64,000 nucleotides of DNA from the human T2T-CHM13v2.0 reference genome, Homo sapiens, in the NCBI RefSeq assembly GCF_009914755.1, contig NC_060925.1. One strand, 5' to 3'. A program made the translations under genes and the position numbers. Position 1 is the first letter of the stretch; each line of letters starts with the position of its first letter. The notes below the pieces were generated by a model that did no database searches, had not been told where the DNA came from, and saw only the letters and a list, made by a program, of their open reading frames with translations. Positions 1 to 15,892 of the stretch are shown piece by piece.

Positions 1-1993
1 CTAAAACCACGCATGGTTTTCCCCTAAGCCATGTGAATCCAAAAGCCTGAGAAAGTGTCTCACCTCATGAATAAGGAAAGAAAATCACATAACTTCACCT
101 CCAAAAAAAAAAAAAAAAAAGCATCCTACATTTGAATCCCATCTTGGCAACTTGCTAGCTTAAGTGGTAGCCTTGAGTAAATTATTCAACCTCTCTCAGG
201 ATGAGGGTTAAAAATAGTATCTGCCTTTCAGATTTATTTCAGAGAAGAGAAAATACATGTAAATACTTAGCACAAAGATTTGTACTTTGCTCGTTAATTT
301 CATTTTTGGAAAAATCAAAAGCAGAAACAAAAAAGCACACCTTTTCTAAAGCCTGGCCTTATCTTGGCTTTTGGTGTTAACTCTTTATAGATAAGGTAGG
401 GAAACCATGCTAGAGCATAAAGCCATGAAAACAGTGGGCAGAAAGGAAATGTAGGCACCACGTAGCCAATCTTCCAGACAAAGCGAGACCCTCTGCGAGT
501 CCACCTCTGGGACCACCTACTTCCATCCTCCTTGTCACAGGAAGCTCACCCCTTCATAGTACAGCCCACCTAGCTTGATTAAGATGTATTAATTCATTCA
601 AGGGCTACTTATAGACTGCGTGGTACATGCCAGGCACTGTGCCAGGTGTTGAAGATGCAAGGAACAAGATGGATGCCAGTCTTGCCCTTTTGGCACTAAG
701 AGCCTAATGGGGTAATGAGCTCTAATTTTTAGGAAGTTCTCTATGTAACAGTGTGTTGAACAAGTAGGACTCATGGTCCAAAGCACCTGTCTTTTTGTCT
801 TCCACTCTTCAGGTCCTCCTTTGACTTTTCTAGCCACTTTTGGGTGATACAAGTCCTCCAGTCAGTCATGAGGGTGTCCAATCTCAGGTAGCTGTCAACT
901 CTCCCAAATCCATTCAACATTACAGCTCTTCACTGCCCCTCTGCTGAGCTCAGACCAGGCCCAGGTGGAAAACCCAACCAGGCTTCTTTCCCTCTTCCTC
1001 CCTCGCCCACTGGCTGGCTAATACTGATGCCCCCCACCTGAGACAGGAAAGTTCTTAGGTGCTGGGTACTGTTTTTTGCTGGCTTTGGGCTCCCTGGGTC
1101 TGGCAGGTGTTTAGAGTTGACCCTTCCTTTCCATGGGTGCTTCTGTGGTTTCTTTAGGGCTAGCCACTCACCCATCACTGAGTGATTCTCTTGGTACAAG
1201 CATCTTGCTGCATGTTTGCCCCTCCAGCCAACCTTCCCAGGGGAGGTGGAGGCTGGGGACCTGTTGTGACTCCACCCAAGGCCTTTTGTGCATATGGCCA
1301 GAAACTGGTCTATGCAAAACACTTCAGCATCCTCTGCCCTGACATTCTGGGGCTGTAGGATTCCCCCAACACACCCTCCTCTTTTTCCACTTACCCACTG
1401 GCAGCTGGCCAGCCTGACCTGCTTCAGATTTCTCAGATGGGAATCAGACCCCAGTTCACAGCCCTTCTCCCCTCTCAAACTGCAGATGCATAAGTTTCTC
1501 TTATAATGGAGAAGAAAGAAAATAGCATTTCTCTCTTGACTTATGGAAGACAAAGATTCATCCCTCCAGCAGCATCCTAAGGTTCAGGGGTGATGGGAGC
1601 ATTCTGCCCTGGGTACAGGCAGTGAGGAGGTGCAGTGTTGCAGAGAATTTTTAAATCATAGTGAAACCAGCTAAATGCTGGTCTAATTTTTATGATCAGC
1701 ATGCTCTGGCAATACTAAACAGTGTCTGCAACAAAGTACCTCCCCCTGCTGGGACAGACTCTTCCTGCCCCACCCTTTGGTACATCACTGCCCCCACTCT
1801 CTCCCCTTTGTGTTGGGGTTGGGGGACTTTGGAGCACACTTATAGTTCTCTCCAAAAGTCCTCTCCACCAATGGTTACACAACCTGGCCTCTTACTACCC
1901 TTGAGGTGAGTGGTAGCATTTAAAGTCATTGAGCCAAAATTTTTATATCACCTTTGAAAATGAACATGTTGGACTGGCCGGTGCATGACTTTA

Positions 1994-2200
1994 ACACATG
2001 GACACAGGGAGGTGAACATCACACACTGGAGCCTGTCAGGGGGTGGGTGGCTAGGGGAGGGATAGCATTAGGAGAAACACCTAATGTAGATGACAGGTTG
2101 ATGGGTGCAGCAAACCACCATGGCACATGTATACTTATATAACAAACCTGCACATTCTGCACATGTATCCCAGAATTTAAAGTATAATTTTTCAAAAAAT
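1994..2200 (+). mobile_element. L1PA 3' end fragment
   Basis: ggggagggatagcattaggaga...gggtgcagcaaaccaccatggcacatgtata...ttaaagtataa, diagnostic of the primate L1 3' UTR. Confidence 0.93.
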
Positions 2201-3324
2201 CCAATTTAATAGGTTGTTGCCCTCACAGCAAGCTAGAATATGCCTTCCTATAACTCCTGCTCCCATCCTGGAGATAATTATGTTCTTCAGGGGCAGGAAC
2301 ATACTAAGGATTCAGTGAGTTAAGAGGCAAAGCATCTGACTCAGGAGTGGCCAATAAGTCCTAATCGCAACTCTCCCACCCTGCATCTGGGCGTGTGAAG
2401 GACTGATGGAGAAGTGGTGTCTTCCTGACCTCCGCTAGAGACTCATCTAAAGAGTCTCACACATCCACCTGTCTGCCTGCTCTACAAACAGAAGCTCCTT
2501 TCATCCTTTCCCACCTGTACAAACATCACTGAGTCTTTTATTTTTAATTTTTTGGTTAAAAAAATTATAAAATCAAGAGTGTTCTTTAAGAAAATTAAAA
2601 CACATATCTCACAGAGAGCTAATAGCATTTAATAACACTGTTAATCACATTTTGGGGTACCACTGTTGTGTTTATTTATATGCATCTATCTACTTGGACG
2701 CACACATCCTCACTAGCATCACACTGTGTACAGAATCCTATATTCTGTCCTTTTCATGTAATTCTGTTCTCTTTGCCTCTTCAGAAAGCCTCCTTCTACC
2801 TCTTCAATGCTAATTGATCTCCCCTCACCCTAACTCCTGTGGCATTTGAGATATCCCAAACTTTTTGCACTTAGTTACATTTTCCTGCAATGACATTTCA
2901 TGGTTTAATGCTTTATCTTTTTTAAATTAATTTTCCTCAAATTTGTATATTTTACTACAAAAGGGATGCATATTCATGCAACATCCCAAACATTACAGAT
3001 GTGTATAAAATCAAAAGTGAAAACTACGCCACCCAGCTTGTAATTCCACAGCCTGAAATTACAGCTAACACTGCAGACTACACCCTTTCACATTTTTCTA
3101 TGCATATACAAACATACGTGGGTATATATGCATACATATACGTGCATATTTTTTCACAAAAATGGAACATTTCTATGTGTACTATTCTCAAACTTGCTTT
3201 TTTAATTCATATCGCTTGGACATATTCTGTATCAGTATATATTGATCTACTTTTTTCTTTTCAATAATTGTATACCATTCTATTATGTACATGCACCATA
3301 ACTTTCTAAATTTGCTCCCTGTTA

Positions 3325-3655
<331 letters not shown>

Positions 3656-3872
3656 TTAAGGACTTTCTGGTCATTTGCTATCACTAACAATGTTTCCATG
3701 AACGTCTTTATAGATAAATACTTAAGCATGTTGCAGGATGCTTCTGTAGGATAAATTTCTAGAAGTGCAATTGCTGGGACAGAGAGCATGCACATCTTAA
3801 AGAGTGACTGATGCTGCCAAATTTCCCTCTAAGAAGCTTACATCAATTTACACTCCTGTCAATATTGTATGA

Positions 3873-4810
<938 letters not shown>

Positions 4811-4906
4811 TGGGAATTTGAGAAGACATTTTAAAATGCATTTACTTTGGTTTTTTCCCCATCAAGTCCTGCCAGCTTTTTTCCCAACTGAGTTGAAGTT
4901 CCTTGA

Positions 4907-5427
<521 letters not shown>

Positions 5428-6121
5428 CTATATGTTTTTAAAAGTTAGAGATTTGATAGACCATGAGCACCAATACTACAAGTCTCTTGTTATCTGCCTT
5501 TTGCACATTCATATGGTTCCTAAGTAAAGCGGGTGAGAGGGTCGGGGCAACTGATAATTAGAACCACATACATTGATGCACTAAGTTATTTGTGAGATGC
5601 TTCTCCTAAAATTGTAGGTCTGCTCAGCTGCCAGACACACCAGCTGCGATAGAAGTATCCATAGAATCTGGAGAAAGTAGCTTGGAATCTTCTGAAGCCC
5701 AAATAAGTCTAAGTCACAGCTATTGATGGTAAATATCAGGAAGGTTTGAGCTGGGTTTTAAAAATAGACATTCAGGGTGAGCTGGGAAAAAGGATTTTAC
5801 TAAAGCCTAAGAAGAAAATCAGGGCCTGGTGAGTGATGGCAGTTACAAAGTTGGTGCAAATTTTGGGGAGATGAATTTCAGTTCTCTCTGATATTTTATA
5901 ATTTGTGAGCTGCCTTGTTAAGGTGTTAGTTTGCTGAAAATATTTAAGGAGAAATTAGTTGATCATTTTCAGGGAGATTGTAAAAGGGCTTGCCTCACTT
6001 ATGAATGGTCAGTGTGACTTGGCCCCCTGTAATTATAAACTTCCGCATCCCTATGCATTACCCCAGTGACCTTTATTTTTGACCAAGGCATTATGAAGGT
6101 CATGAGAAAGGAATTTGTATT

Positions 6122-6493
6122 TGCTATGGTATGAATGTATTCCCCAAATTTCATGTGTTGGAAACTTAGTCCCCAAATTCGTATGCTGATTGAATGTGAG
6201 GCCTTTGGGAAGTAATTAAAATTAGATAAGGTCATCAGGGTAGGGCTGTCATGATGGGACTGGTGGCTTTGTATGGAGAGGAAGAGAAACCTGAGCTGAC
6301 ACCCAAACACTTGCCCTCTCACCATGTGATGTCCCCCACCATGTTATGACACAGCAGGAAGGCTCTCACCAGATGCAAGCAACATGCTCTTGGACTTCCC
6401 GGCCTCCACAGCTATGAGCTAAATAAACTTCTTTTCTTTATAAATTACCCAGTCTGTGGTATTCTGTTATTGCAACAGAAAATCGACTAAGAC
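6122..6493 (+). mobile_element. MST/MLT1A-type MaLR solo LTR
   Basis: Starts tgctatgg, contains ataaattacccagtc, ends gactaagaca. Confidence 0.85.
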
Positions 6494-6607
6494 AATATTC
6501 TTTTTTAAAATATCTCTAAGACTCCTAGGACTTCCATGAGCTAATGCCTATTACCTAGAGGTGATTTGCTATCAGATATAAGGTCTTTTAAAGACCATGT
6601 ATATTTA

Positions 6608-6728
6608 GGCTGGGCACAGTGGCTCACTCCTGTACACTCAGCACTTTGGGAGACTGAGGTGGGCAGATCACTTGAAACCAGGAGTTTGAAACCAGCCTGG
6701 CCGACATGGTGAAACCCCGTCTCTACAA

Positions 6729-6774
<46 letters not shown>

Positions 6775-6805
6775 GTATATATATGTATATATATGTATGT
6801 ATATA

Positions 6806-6852
<47 letters not shown>

Positions 6853-6992
6853 TAGCCATGCGTGGTAGCTCACGCTTGTAATCCCAGGCACAAGAATCGC
6901 TTGAACCCTGGAGGTGGAGGTTGCAGTGAGCCAAGACTGTGCCACTGCACTCCAGCCAGGGTGACAGAGTGAGACTGTCTTAAAATAATAAG
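6608..6992 (+). mobile_element. Alu with expanded (AT)/(AC)/(GT) microsatellite in the linker
   Basis: Both Alu arms; TSD aaagaccatgt(a/g)tattta. Confidence 0.93.
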
Positions 6993-8148
6993 AAAGACCA
7001 TGTGTATTTAGAAAGATTGACAACATCAACAATACCTCTTAGAGCTCTATTTCTTAAGCAACTTAGAATCTTCTCTCCTACATTTATCAAGGCAAATACT
7101 TTGCCAGCATTACAGAACTTACTGTAACCACCAAAAGGCAGAGGTGTATGTTGTATTGCTTTGAGGCCATTCATAACAGTCTTAACTGGGATCAGTATGC
7201 CCCACCTAACATAAAGGTAGACTCAGGAAGTAATCCATGATTGCAGCAGCGACCATGTGTGGTGGGTGCTCACGATCTTTGCAGGATGAGCACATCTCTT
7301 CAAAGCTAACTGTACTAAGTTTTTGGCTTGGGATCTCCCTCACCCTACCTCCATACCCCAAGACTCCTTTCTCAATAATAACTACACTTTAACCTAGTCC
7401 TTGTATTCACTAAATTACCAGTAAGTCATAAAAAGTGAACATAGGCACCCAAGATGGACCTCTGCTCTGAAAGAACAAAACACACTCCCCAGGGACCAAG
7501 TGTCCGTTGGTAAAAACAGAAATGAGCAGCTTCACCAAAATGAGCCAACATATCCCAAATCCATTCAATTTTCTCCTCTACCCAGTGGCTGTGTGGTCAG
7601 CCTCACCCACATCTTCTTCAGGAAAGCCCGTAATTGAATCATTAAATTCCACCCTCTCATGTTTCACTTGAGGAAACGGAACCAGAAAAGCTGGGTTATT
7701 TTGCAGAGCTACATACCCCTTATGTAGTAGAAGGAGGCATGGAGTGGAGACCTCATGCATCCCTGTTCACTGCTTCGCCCATGTCATCCTGCTGCCACCA
7801 AATAAATGTATTTTCTATAGTGCATCTGTAGTTTCTTGGTAGAAGAAACTGTAAAGACTGCCTTCTGCCTTTGTGCTTCCTGAAATCTTGATATTTTGGT
7901 GAAATGATGTGCAGCAGAATCCTTAGGTTCTATTATGGCAGTCAATAAATATCACACATTTTAATTCCTGTTGATTTTACAGTTCACGCCTACATAGAAT
8001 AAAAAAATGCATGCTAAAAAGAAGAATTAGGAAAGTTGGCAAAGACTTGACCATGGGTACATTAAGATTATATAATATCACATTAAAAGTGTAGAAGTGA
8101 ATATAATATAGAGGATAAGGAGAAACACTTTTGGAAATCAGATATACC

Positions 8149-8349
8149 CAGTAGAGAGCTGGTAAACATTTAACAACAGATGGGGGGCAGGAGAAAGAAG
8201 AGATCTTGCTTGTAGTATCTGCCAATTTTCACAGTACAAATATTGTCACCCTCACTGAATTCAAGTTATCATAACATCACTGATGCAAAGTTGGAAAAAG
8301 AGGTCCACAGTCAGCTGTCATGAGTAGGTACAAGCCAGCACTGCCACTG
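8149..8349. mobile_element. MER63-like hAT DNA transposon fossil
   Basis: cagtagagagctggtaaacatttaacaac...ccagcactgccactg, with terminal inverted ends. Confidence 0.55.
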
Positions 8350-8808
8350 GATGTAGCCCAGTTAAAGTTTGTGGTAATTTATTATTCATTTATTCTTTCT
8401 TTCTTACATTGAGTGCCTACAATAAGCCAGGTCTTGTGCTAAATTCTGGGGTTAAACAGGAAGAAAAAGGAGACTTGGTGCTCATCCTCTTGGAGCTCAC
8501 AGTCTAGTGGAGAGATAAGCATTTAATCATAAAAGTATGAAAAAATGTAAAATTGTAACTGTGACAAATGTTAAGGAGGGACAGTATATGGTGCCAAGAG
8601 GTCGTGGAACTGGAGGTTAGGTAGGGTCAGTTTTCCTGAGGCTTTAGAGCATCAACATGCAGAAGAAAAGAGAAGAGATCAAGCCAGTAGCCAGAGCATG
8701 TGCAAAGGTCCTGTGGTAGGAGGGAATGTTGCCTATCACAAGATAATACCTAGACACGATCATCTTTGTCCTGTTCTTTTCTATACTCCCTTACTTACAA
8801 AGATTTCA

Positions 8809-9122
<314 letters not shown>

Positions 9123-10095
9123 TCAGTCAGAAACATCCTGGATGCTGCTGCAAAGATAATTAGGATTTTTATATCAGGAATACAAAGACAGAGGTAGTGT
9201 TCTTTTTCAGCTTTTTAAAATAAGCTTATGTGTTGAACTCCATGTCAGAAATAATAGTCCTAAAGGCCAAAGATTTGGATTTGCAAGGGTTGGGTTTTCT
9301 TGGGGGGGAAAAGTGTCTCTTGAGACTCCAAACGGAGAGGATGTCGAATTTAAGCCTTTGCTATGGAATGAATAAAGAAGAGGAGAGATGCATCCCACCC
9401 TCCCCTGAGCACGGGATGGGAGCCACACAGGCTGTAAGTAGAGTTGGATGAGTAGTGTTCCTTCATGAAGAAAACCAGTGGATCTTGGAGAAGATGATCA
9501 GCAAGGAGAGGAGGAGATAATGAGCAGGAAGAGGCCAAGCCAATGGCTGCAGACCATCATCAAGCCAGTCCCGGGAGTCCTTCCAGCTGAGGGGCCACAA
9601 AAGCAGTGCCATCACCGCTCTCTGGAGAAGACCTTCCATTGACAGAAGCCTACAAGACACCAATGATGAACCAGAAAAGTGACAGTCTCCTGGACCCCAA
9701 ACTTGTGCTGAGTGTCATTGGAGCTGCCCCTTGGCCAACAACCCGAGGTGCTCATAAACTCCCAAACATAGGATGGTATTCCTGACACCCAGAGGGGAAG
9801 TAAGAAGCACAGGAGGAAAAGCCCTTAACTATGCTGGGCTGTCACTTGGGAAAACCTGCCCCAGTTCACTCCTTTGGGAAACAGAGAGGTGGACCATGTG
9901 GCTGGAGCATAGTGCAAGCTAAGGGTGAAAGGACAGAGGCCACATCATAAGGCCTTGTAGACTCTGCTCAGGCATGTGTCTTTAGATAAAAGTAATAGGC
10001 CATTGGAGGACTTTAAGCAGAGGAGAGACATGAGTTGCTTTGTGAAAAGAATCTAGAACTGGAGTACTTTCTGCTGGGGCCGGGTAAGGCGCCAG

Positions 10096-10397
10096 CTTGG
10101 AGAGAGGTCCATTGTCCTCTCACTTTCTCTCCCCAGTGCTCTGCCCATTATGTCCCAGCATTCCTGATGAGCTTTAGGGACTCCTTGACTCTCCTGATCC
10201 CAGGCTAACCCTGGGGTCCTCATTCTCTTTCCATCGGAAAGCAGATATGTAATATGCACTACTGGTGAGAGTGTGAGGAAACAGGTTCCGTCTACTTCTT
10301 GGTAAAAATTAAAATTAGTACCAAATTTTGGAGGGCAGCCAATGGAGATGCACCCTAAAGAAACAACCTCAATGACTGTTAATAGGAAATTAGTTAA
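10096..10397 (+). repeat. Inverted local duplication, copy A
   Basis: Reverse complement of 12163-12465 (e.g. cttggagagaggtccattg vs caatggacctctctccaag; gtaccaaattttggagggcag vs ctgccctccaaaatttggtac). Confidence 0.92.
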
Positions 10398-10800
10398 ATA
10401 CAATATGGTACATGGTGCATCCACATAGGGAATATTATGCAACAGTTAGAATGGGGTTGTAACATTTATTGACACGAAGAGTCCCAAAAGAGACTGTGAA
10501 GTAGAAATGGCAAGTTACAAAACTATGTAACTCATGTGTGTCGGTGAGGGGCAAAAAAAAAAAAAAACCATGAAAGACTATTTCAAGCTGATGATGGTGG
10601 CTTTCTTTAGAGGGGAAATCATGGGGAATTTTCACTTGTTACAGAATGCATTTTAGTAATAGTTGACGATAATGCACTGCATTTGAACACATGAAAAGCA
10701 GTAAAAACGTAAGGCCATTTGGGAGGTTGGATGAAATGGATGCTTTGACGATTGGCCGAGAGGCTGTTGCTGAGGGGGACCACAAGGACGAGACCGCTGG

Positions 10801-10852
10801 TTTTACTATTAATATTTCCTCTGACTATTTTACTATTAATATTTCCTCTGAC
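10801..10852 (+). repeat. Tandem duplication, 2 x 25 bp
   Basis: ttttactattaatatttcctctgac occurs twice, period 27. Confidence 0.9.
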
Positions 10853-11707
10853 CCTGGATAAGTCCTTTCTCCTCTCTGGGCCTCCATTTCCTTGTCTGTA
10901 AAAGGCCGAGGGCAAATGTAAGTCTCCTAGGAAAAGCCAAGACCTGCAAATGGAAGAATCCTGATTCTTCCATTTAGTAGATGAATGACTTTGGCTGAAT
11001 GACTGACCTCGTTGAACCTGTTTTCTTGTATGAGAAAGGGCACCACCCCAACAGAGGCCCTGCCCCACCCTGGAGCAGGGTGGGTGCTTAACACAGACTT
11101 GGATCCCTTGCTCAAGTGATCTCCAGAGCTTCTCCACCTCTGCGGTTCAGTGATTCCATACCAGTGAGTGGTCTCACCTTAAAGTGGGACCTCAGTTAAA
11201 CCATTTTCTGCTGTGGGAAAGCGTTCTTTTATCACAGCGTATTTAAGTTACAAAAAATTTTTTATGCTACTGTGTGTCCAGCTTCAGGAATTCAAATGAA
11301 ATGTTAATCTCATGATTCTTCCCTTGAAACAATTTGCAGTCTAAAATAGGACTTGGGGCAGGGAGAAAGAGCTCTTATTTCATCAACTTAAAATTAAAAG
11401 AATGCTTCTTTCTAGCGCCTTTTTTTTAATCTCAAAAAATCCTTTCCTATTATACAAAGTCTTGTCAAAAAAGGAGCATTAATTATATCAAACACTAAAA
11501 AGAGCTTTTAAAACTCTGAATTTGAGCAAACTAATTGAAAATAATTATATTTCAAAGAATTCTTACATTTCACAAGAGCCAGTCAAGCTCAGTTAACTTC
11601 AATCATTCACTCACCTTTTCAATGGGTATTTTAATTTTGAGTGACTACTATGTGCCTAGGTGTTATAGATAATTATTTTCAAAACATACAGGGATTTAAA
11701 AAATCCT

Positions 11708-12008
11708 GGCCAGGCGCGGTGGCTCACGCCTGTAATTCACAGCACTTTGGGAGGCTGAGGCAGGTGGATCACGAGGTCAAGAGTTCAAGACCAGCCTGAC
11801 TAACATGGTGAAACCCCATCTCTACTAAAAATACAAAAATTAGCCAGGTGTGGTGGCAGGTGCCTGTAATCCCAGCTACTCGGGAGGCTGAGGCAGAGAA
11901 TTGCTCAAACCCAGGAGGCGGAGGTTGCAGTGAGCTGAAATCAGGCCACTACACTCCAGCCTGGGCGACAGAGTGAGACTCTGTCTCAAAATAAATAAAT
12001 AAATAAAT
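11708..12008 (+). mobile_element. Alu (S-like)
   Basis: Full dimer, (AAAT)n tail, TSD aaatcctg. Confidence 0.95.
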
Positions 12009-12162
12009 CCTGACCTCCTGCAGCTTACCCTCTAGCAGGGATGGGAGATGAGGGAAACAGACAATAAACAAACAGTGTAGGAAAGGTAAACAGAAAAGAT
12101 CAGGAGATGAGCACCCTAATTTTAAATGCAGGGTCACTTAAAGCTTCACTAAGGCTTTCCCT

Positions 12163-12465
12163 ATTAATTAATTCCCCATTAATAGGCATTGAGGTTATTT
12201 CTTTAGGAGGCACCTCCATAGACTGCCCTCCAAAATTTGGTACCAATTTTAATTTTCACCAAGAAGTAGACAGAGCCTGATTCCTCACACTCTCACCAAT
12301 AGTGCCTATTACAAATCTGCTTTCCAGTGGAAAGAGAATCACGACCCCAGGATCAACCTGGGGTTGGGAGAGTCAAGGGGTTCTCAAAGTTCATCAGGGA
12401 TGCTGAGACATAATGGGCAGAGCACTGGGGAGAGAAAATGAGAGGGCAATGGACCTCTCTCCAAG
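12163..12465 (-). repeat. Inverted local duplication, copy B
   Basis: Colinear reverse complement of 10096-10397 with scattered substitutions. Confidence 0.92.
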
Positions 12466-12778
12466 TTTTCCAGACCGAAAACCTGGAAATATGGAGAAGC
12501 AGGTCATGTGGGAATAGCAAATGCAACATTCAATGACAGCCTGGAATATTGAAGAAAGAGCCTAGAAGCAAGACAATGTAGTCAGAGCAGAGGGAACAAG
12601 GAGCAGAGCTGGCACAGTGGGTCAGAGAGGCAGGCCCACGATGGAGCATGCCTGGCTCATTAAAGAACAACAGGGAGGCGGGGTGGGGAGTGGGACTGGG
12701 GCAGGGAGTGGACAGGCAGTAGATGAGGTCATAGAGAGACAGGGACCAGTCTGTGTAGACTTGCACTGGCCACACTAA

Positions 12779-13117
<339 letters not shown>

Positions 13118-13207
13118 CATTGGAGAGTTTTGAGCAGAGAATGATGCAATCTGAGTTTGGTTTTTAACTAAATCACCCTCACTTCTGTTCTAGGAGCAAG
13201 GATGGAA

Positions 13208-13351
13208 ACTGGAAGGCTGGGTAAGAGGCCCCTGCAGGAATATCCCAGAGAGAAAGTTGAGGTTAGATTAGAGCAAGGTCGGATACTGGAAGGCTGGGTA
13301 AGAGGCTCCTGCAGGAATATCCCAGAGAGAAAGTTGAGGTTAGATTAGAGC
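13208..13351 (+). repeat. Tandem duplication, 2 x 67 bp
   Basis: 13208-13274 equals 13285-13351 with one mismatch and a 10-nt spacer. Confidence 0.95.
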
Positions 13352-15687
13352 GGGAGCTGGGGGTGGTCAGATTCCGGGTATGTTTTGCTGGTAGTGACAA
13401 CAGGCTTTACTAAAGGATAAGATACGGGGCGTGAAAGAAAGTGAGGGAAAAAGGGTTTTGGCCTGAGCCATGGAAAAGGTGGACATAAGAAAGAGCAAGT
13501 TTAAGGGGGAAGATTAAGAGCTCATGGGCATTTTTTATTTGAGATGTTTAGTAGGCATCCAAATGGAAATATGGAAGTAGGAAGTTGAACCCATAAGGGA
13601 GGAGTCTGAGTGAGACATAAGGTTTGGGAGTTGTTAACATATAGTGGCATTTAAAACTCTGGTGGATGAGATCCCCAAGTGAATAGGTGAAGAAAGGAGA
13701 AAAGCTCCAAAGACTGAGCCCTGGGCACCACAACATTTAAAGCCTGAGGTTGTGGAGACGCTAATGAAGGTGACTGAGAATGGGTGGCTTTTTAGTGGAA
13801 TATTAAGGAGATTGGGGTGTCCTGGAAGCCAAGGGGGAAATGTGTTTCAGGAGAACAAAGAGATCAGCTGTGTCAAATCATACTAAAAGGTCAAGTAAGA
13901 TGAGGACCAAGAATTGACCTCTGGATATGAATATGTGGAGGTCCCTGATGATCTTGGTGAAATCAATGTCTTTGAAGGGGCAGAGAGGGTTCAGGGGATC
14001 AGGGGAGAAGAGGAAATGGAGACAATATGTTACGCAATTCCTCAATGAGTTCTGATGCAAAGGGAAGAAAGGAAGAGAGACGTTTCGGCATGTTTGCATG
14101 ATGATGGGAAGGATGGAGTAGACACAATTGACAATGGATGCAGGAGAGAGGGGAGATCAACAAAGGAGCCGGGAGCATTCAAATGCATGAGGAGGCTGCG
14201 CTCCATTGCACCCATGGTCAACTTGGTCATAGATGGGAACACAAATGCTTCATCCACGGGAAGGAAAGGAATGGCAGAGCGGCAGGTACAGATGCTGGAA
14301 GGTGCTGCCGGTGGCGCAGGGAGGTCGCAGAAACTCTCTTCTGACAGCTTCTGTTTTCTCTGAGAGTAAGCTCACAGAGCAGGTGCTGGAGTTTGGAGAC
14401 AGATGAAGAGGCATGAAAGAGGAGAGCAGACTGGGGACGGACGAGGGAAAAGCCCCACTCACTGAAACTGGAGAACAGTGGGCTTAGAAAACATCCCAAT
14501 AAAGTAATTTGCAAAAAGAACAGCAGAATTGAAAGGGGTGAGGGACAAGGGTAGAGTGAAAACTGCTATGTCATTTTGGATAAGTCAGACAATAAGAGCC
14601 ACAAGTACTAGCCTTGTAGGTGGAGGGGCGATTTGAGCTGATTTACTGAGAACAGTGAATTTGAGTATTTATCGAGAAATTAATAATAATGCCAAGTACT
14701 TTACATTAACTAGTTTATTTAATCCTAACAAAACCCAAGTAGCTATTTGTATCATCATCACCAAGCACAGAATCATCTGCTTTAGGTCACACAGATTTAA
14801 TGGTAGAGCTGGTACTGAATCCAACTCAGTCTGGCTCTAGTGTCCCCACTTCTAAGCTCTCCTTCAACCTACCAGTTAAAAAGTGCTTGAGAAGCTGCGG
14901 TCTTGATGTCAGCAAATGGGAATTCAGCAGAGCTTACTGGCAGGATGAGTTCCATGTGGACAAGGCTGGGTAGTCCACCAGGGCACACTTCACTCACTTG
15001 TGAAGGACAGAATAAAAGGATATTGTCTCTTTAGAAACAGTGGACTTTCCAGAAGAATTGTATAACTCATGAATATAACTGTTCAGGGTCATAAAGGCAC
15101 AAAGCCACACACTGCATTTTCTTAAAGCAAAGCATATTTATATTTAGAAACAAACTGCAAAGAGCCAGTGTAGGAAAATCCAGAGGAAAAAGTGTACCCA
15201 GGGGCCTATTGTTCATGAAGAGGAACACTGACTACTCCCTGAACTTTGTTAAATATTCAGGTTATTGATATTATAATTCTACTAAGCTAGCATCATTTTA
15301 AACCTGAAATCATTAACATTCTTCTCAGTCACCCAAAATGCATACAAAATACAAATCATAACTGATGGATTTAGTAAATTAGGTTTCCACAAGCACTCAA
15401 AAACTGACTACTAACTTAGTCTTCTGAGGTGTTCAGGATCATAACTCTCATATCAGATTCTCCTAAATACCTTAAACACCCCCAAAATATCACAATTGTT
15501 TAAAGTGTGATTATTACTATTATATTAAAACTATTTACAGAAATACTAATGCCCCTGACTTAAATTTATTTCTCGGTCATCTCTATTTTTATCTTTTACC
15601 TATTGTTATTCTTGTTTTTTCCCTGTTCTGGGGGGTTACCTCCTAGAATTGTAGTAATTTTACCAGCTCTGATATATACCTCCTCTG

Positions 15688-15892
15688 CATAATGCAGTAG
15701 CCAATAGCCATTTAAATTATTTAAATTAATTAAACTAATTAAATTTAAATTAATTAAGTTTAATTTAAAATTCAGTCCCCGGCAGTCACATTTCACGTGC
15801 TCAATAGCTACATATAGCTGGTAGCTACCATATGGGCAGTACAGATAAAGAAAATTTCCACCATTGAAGATGGTTCTTTTGAACAGAGCTCA
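15688..15892. mobile_element. MER3/MER33-like hAT-Charlie fossil
   Basis: gtagccaatagccat...cacatttcacgtgctcaatagctacat...gtagctacc. Confidence 0.65.

Noticed and set aside
930-1553. 207-aa minus-strand ORF
   Set aside because: No recognisable domain, splice structure or codon bias.
1566-1790. Possible hAT transposon with CAG...CTG ends
   Set aside because: Terminal repeats are too degenerate to assign a family by eye.
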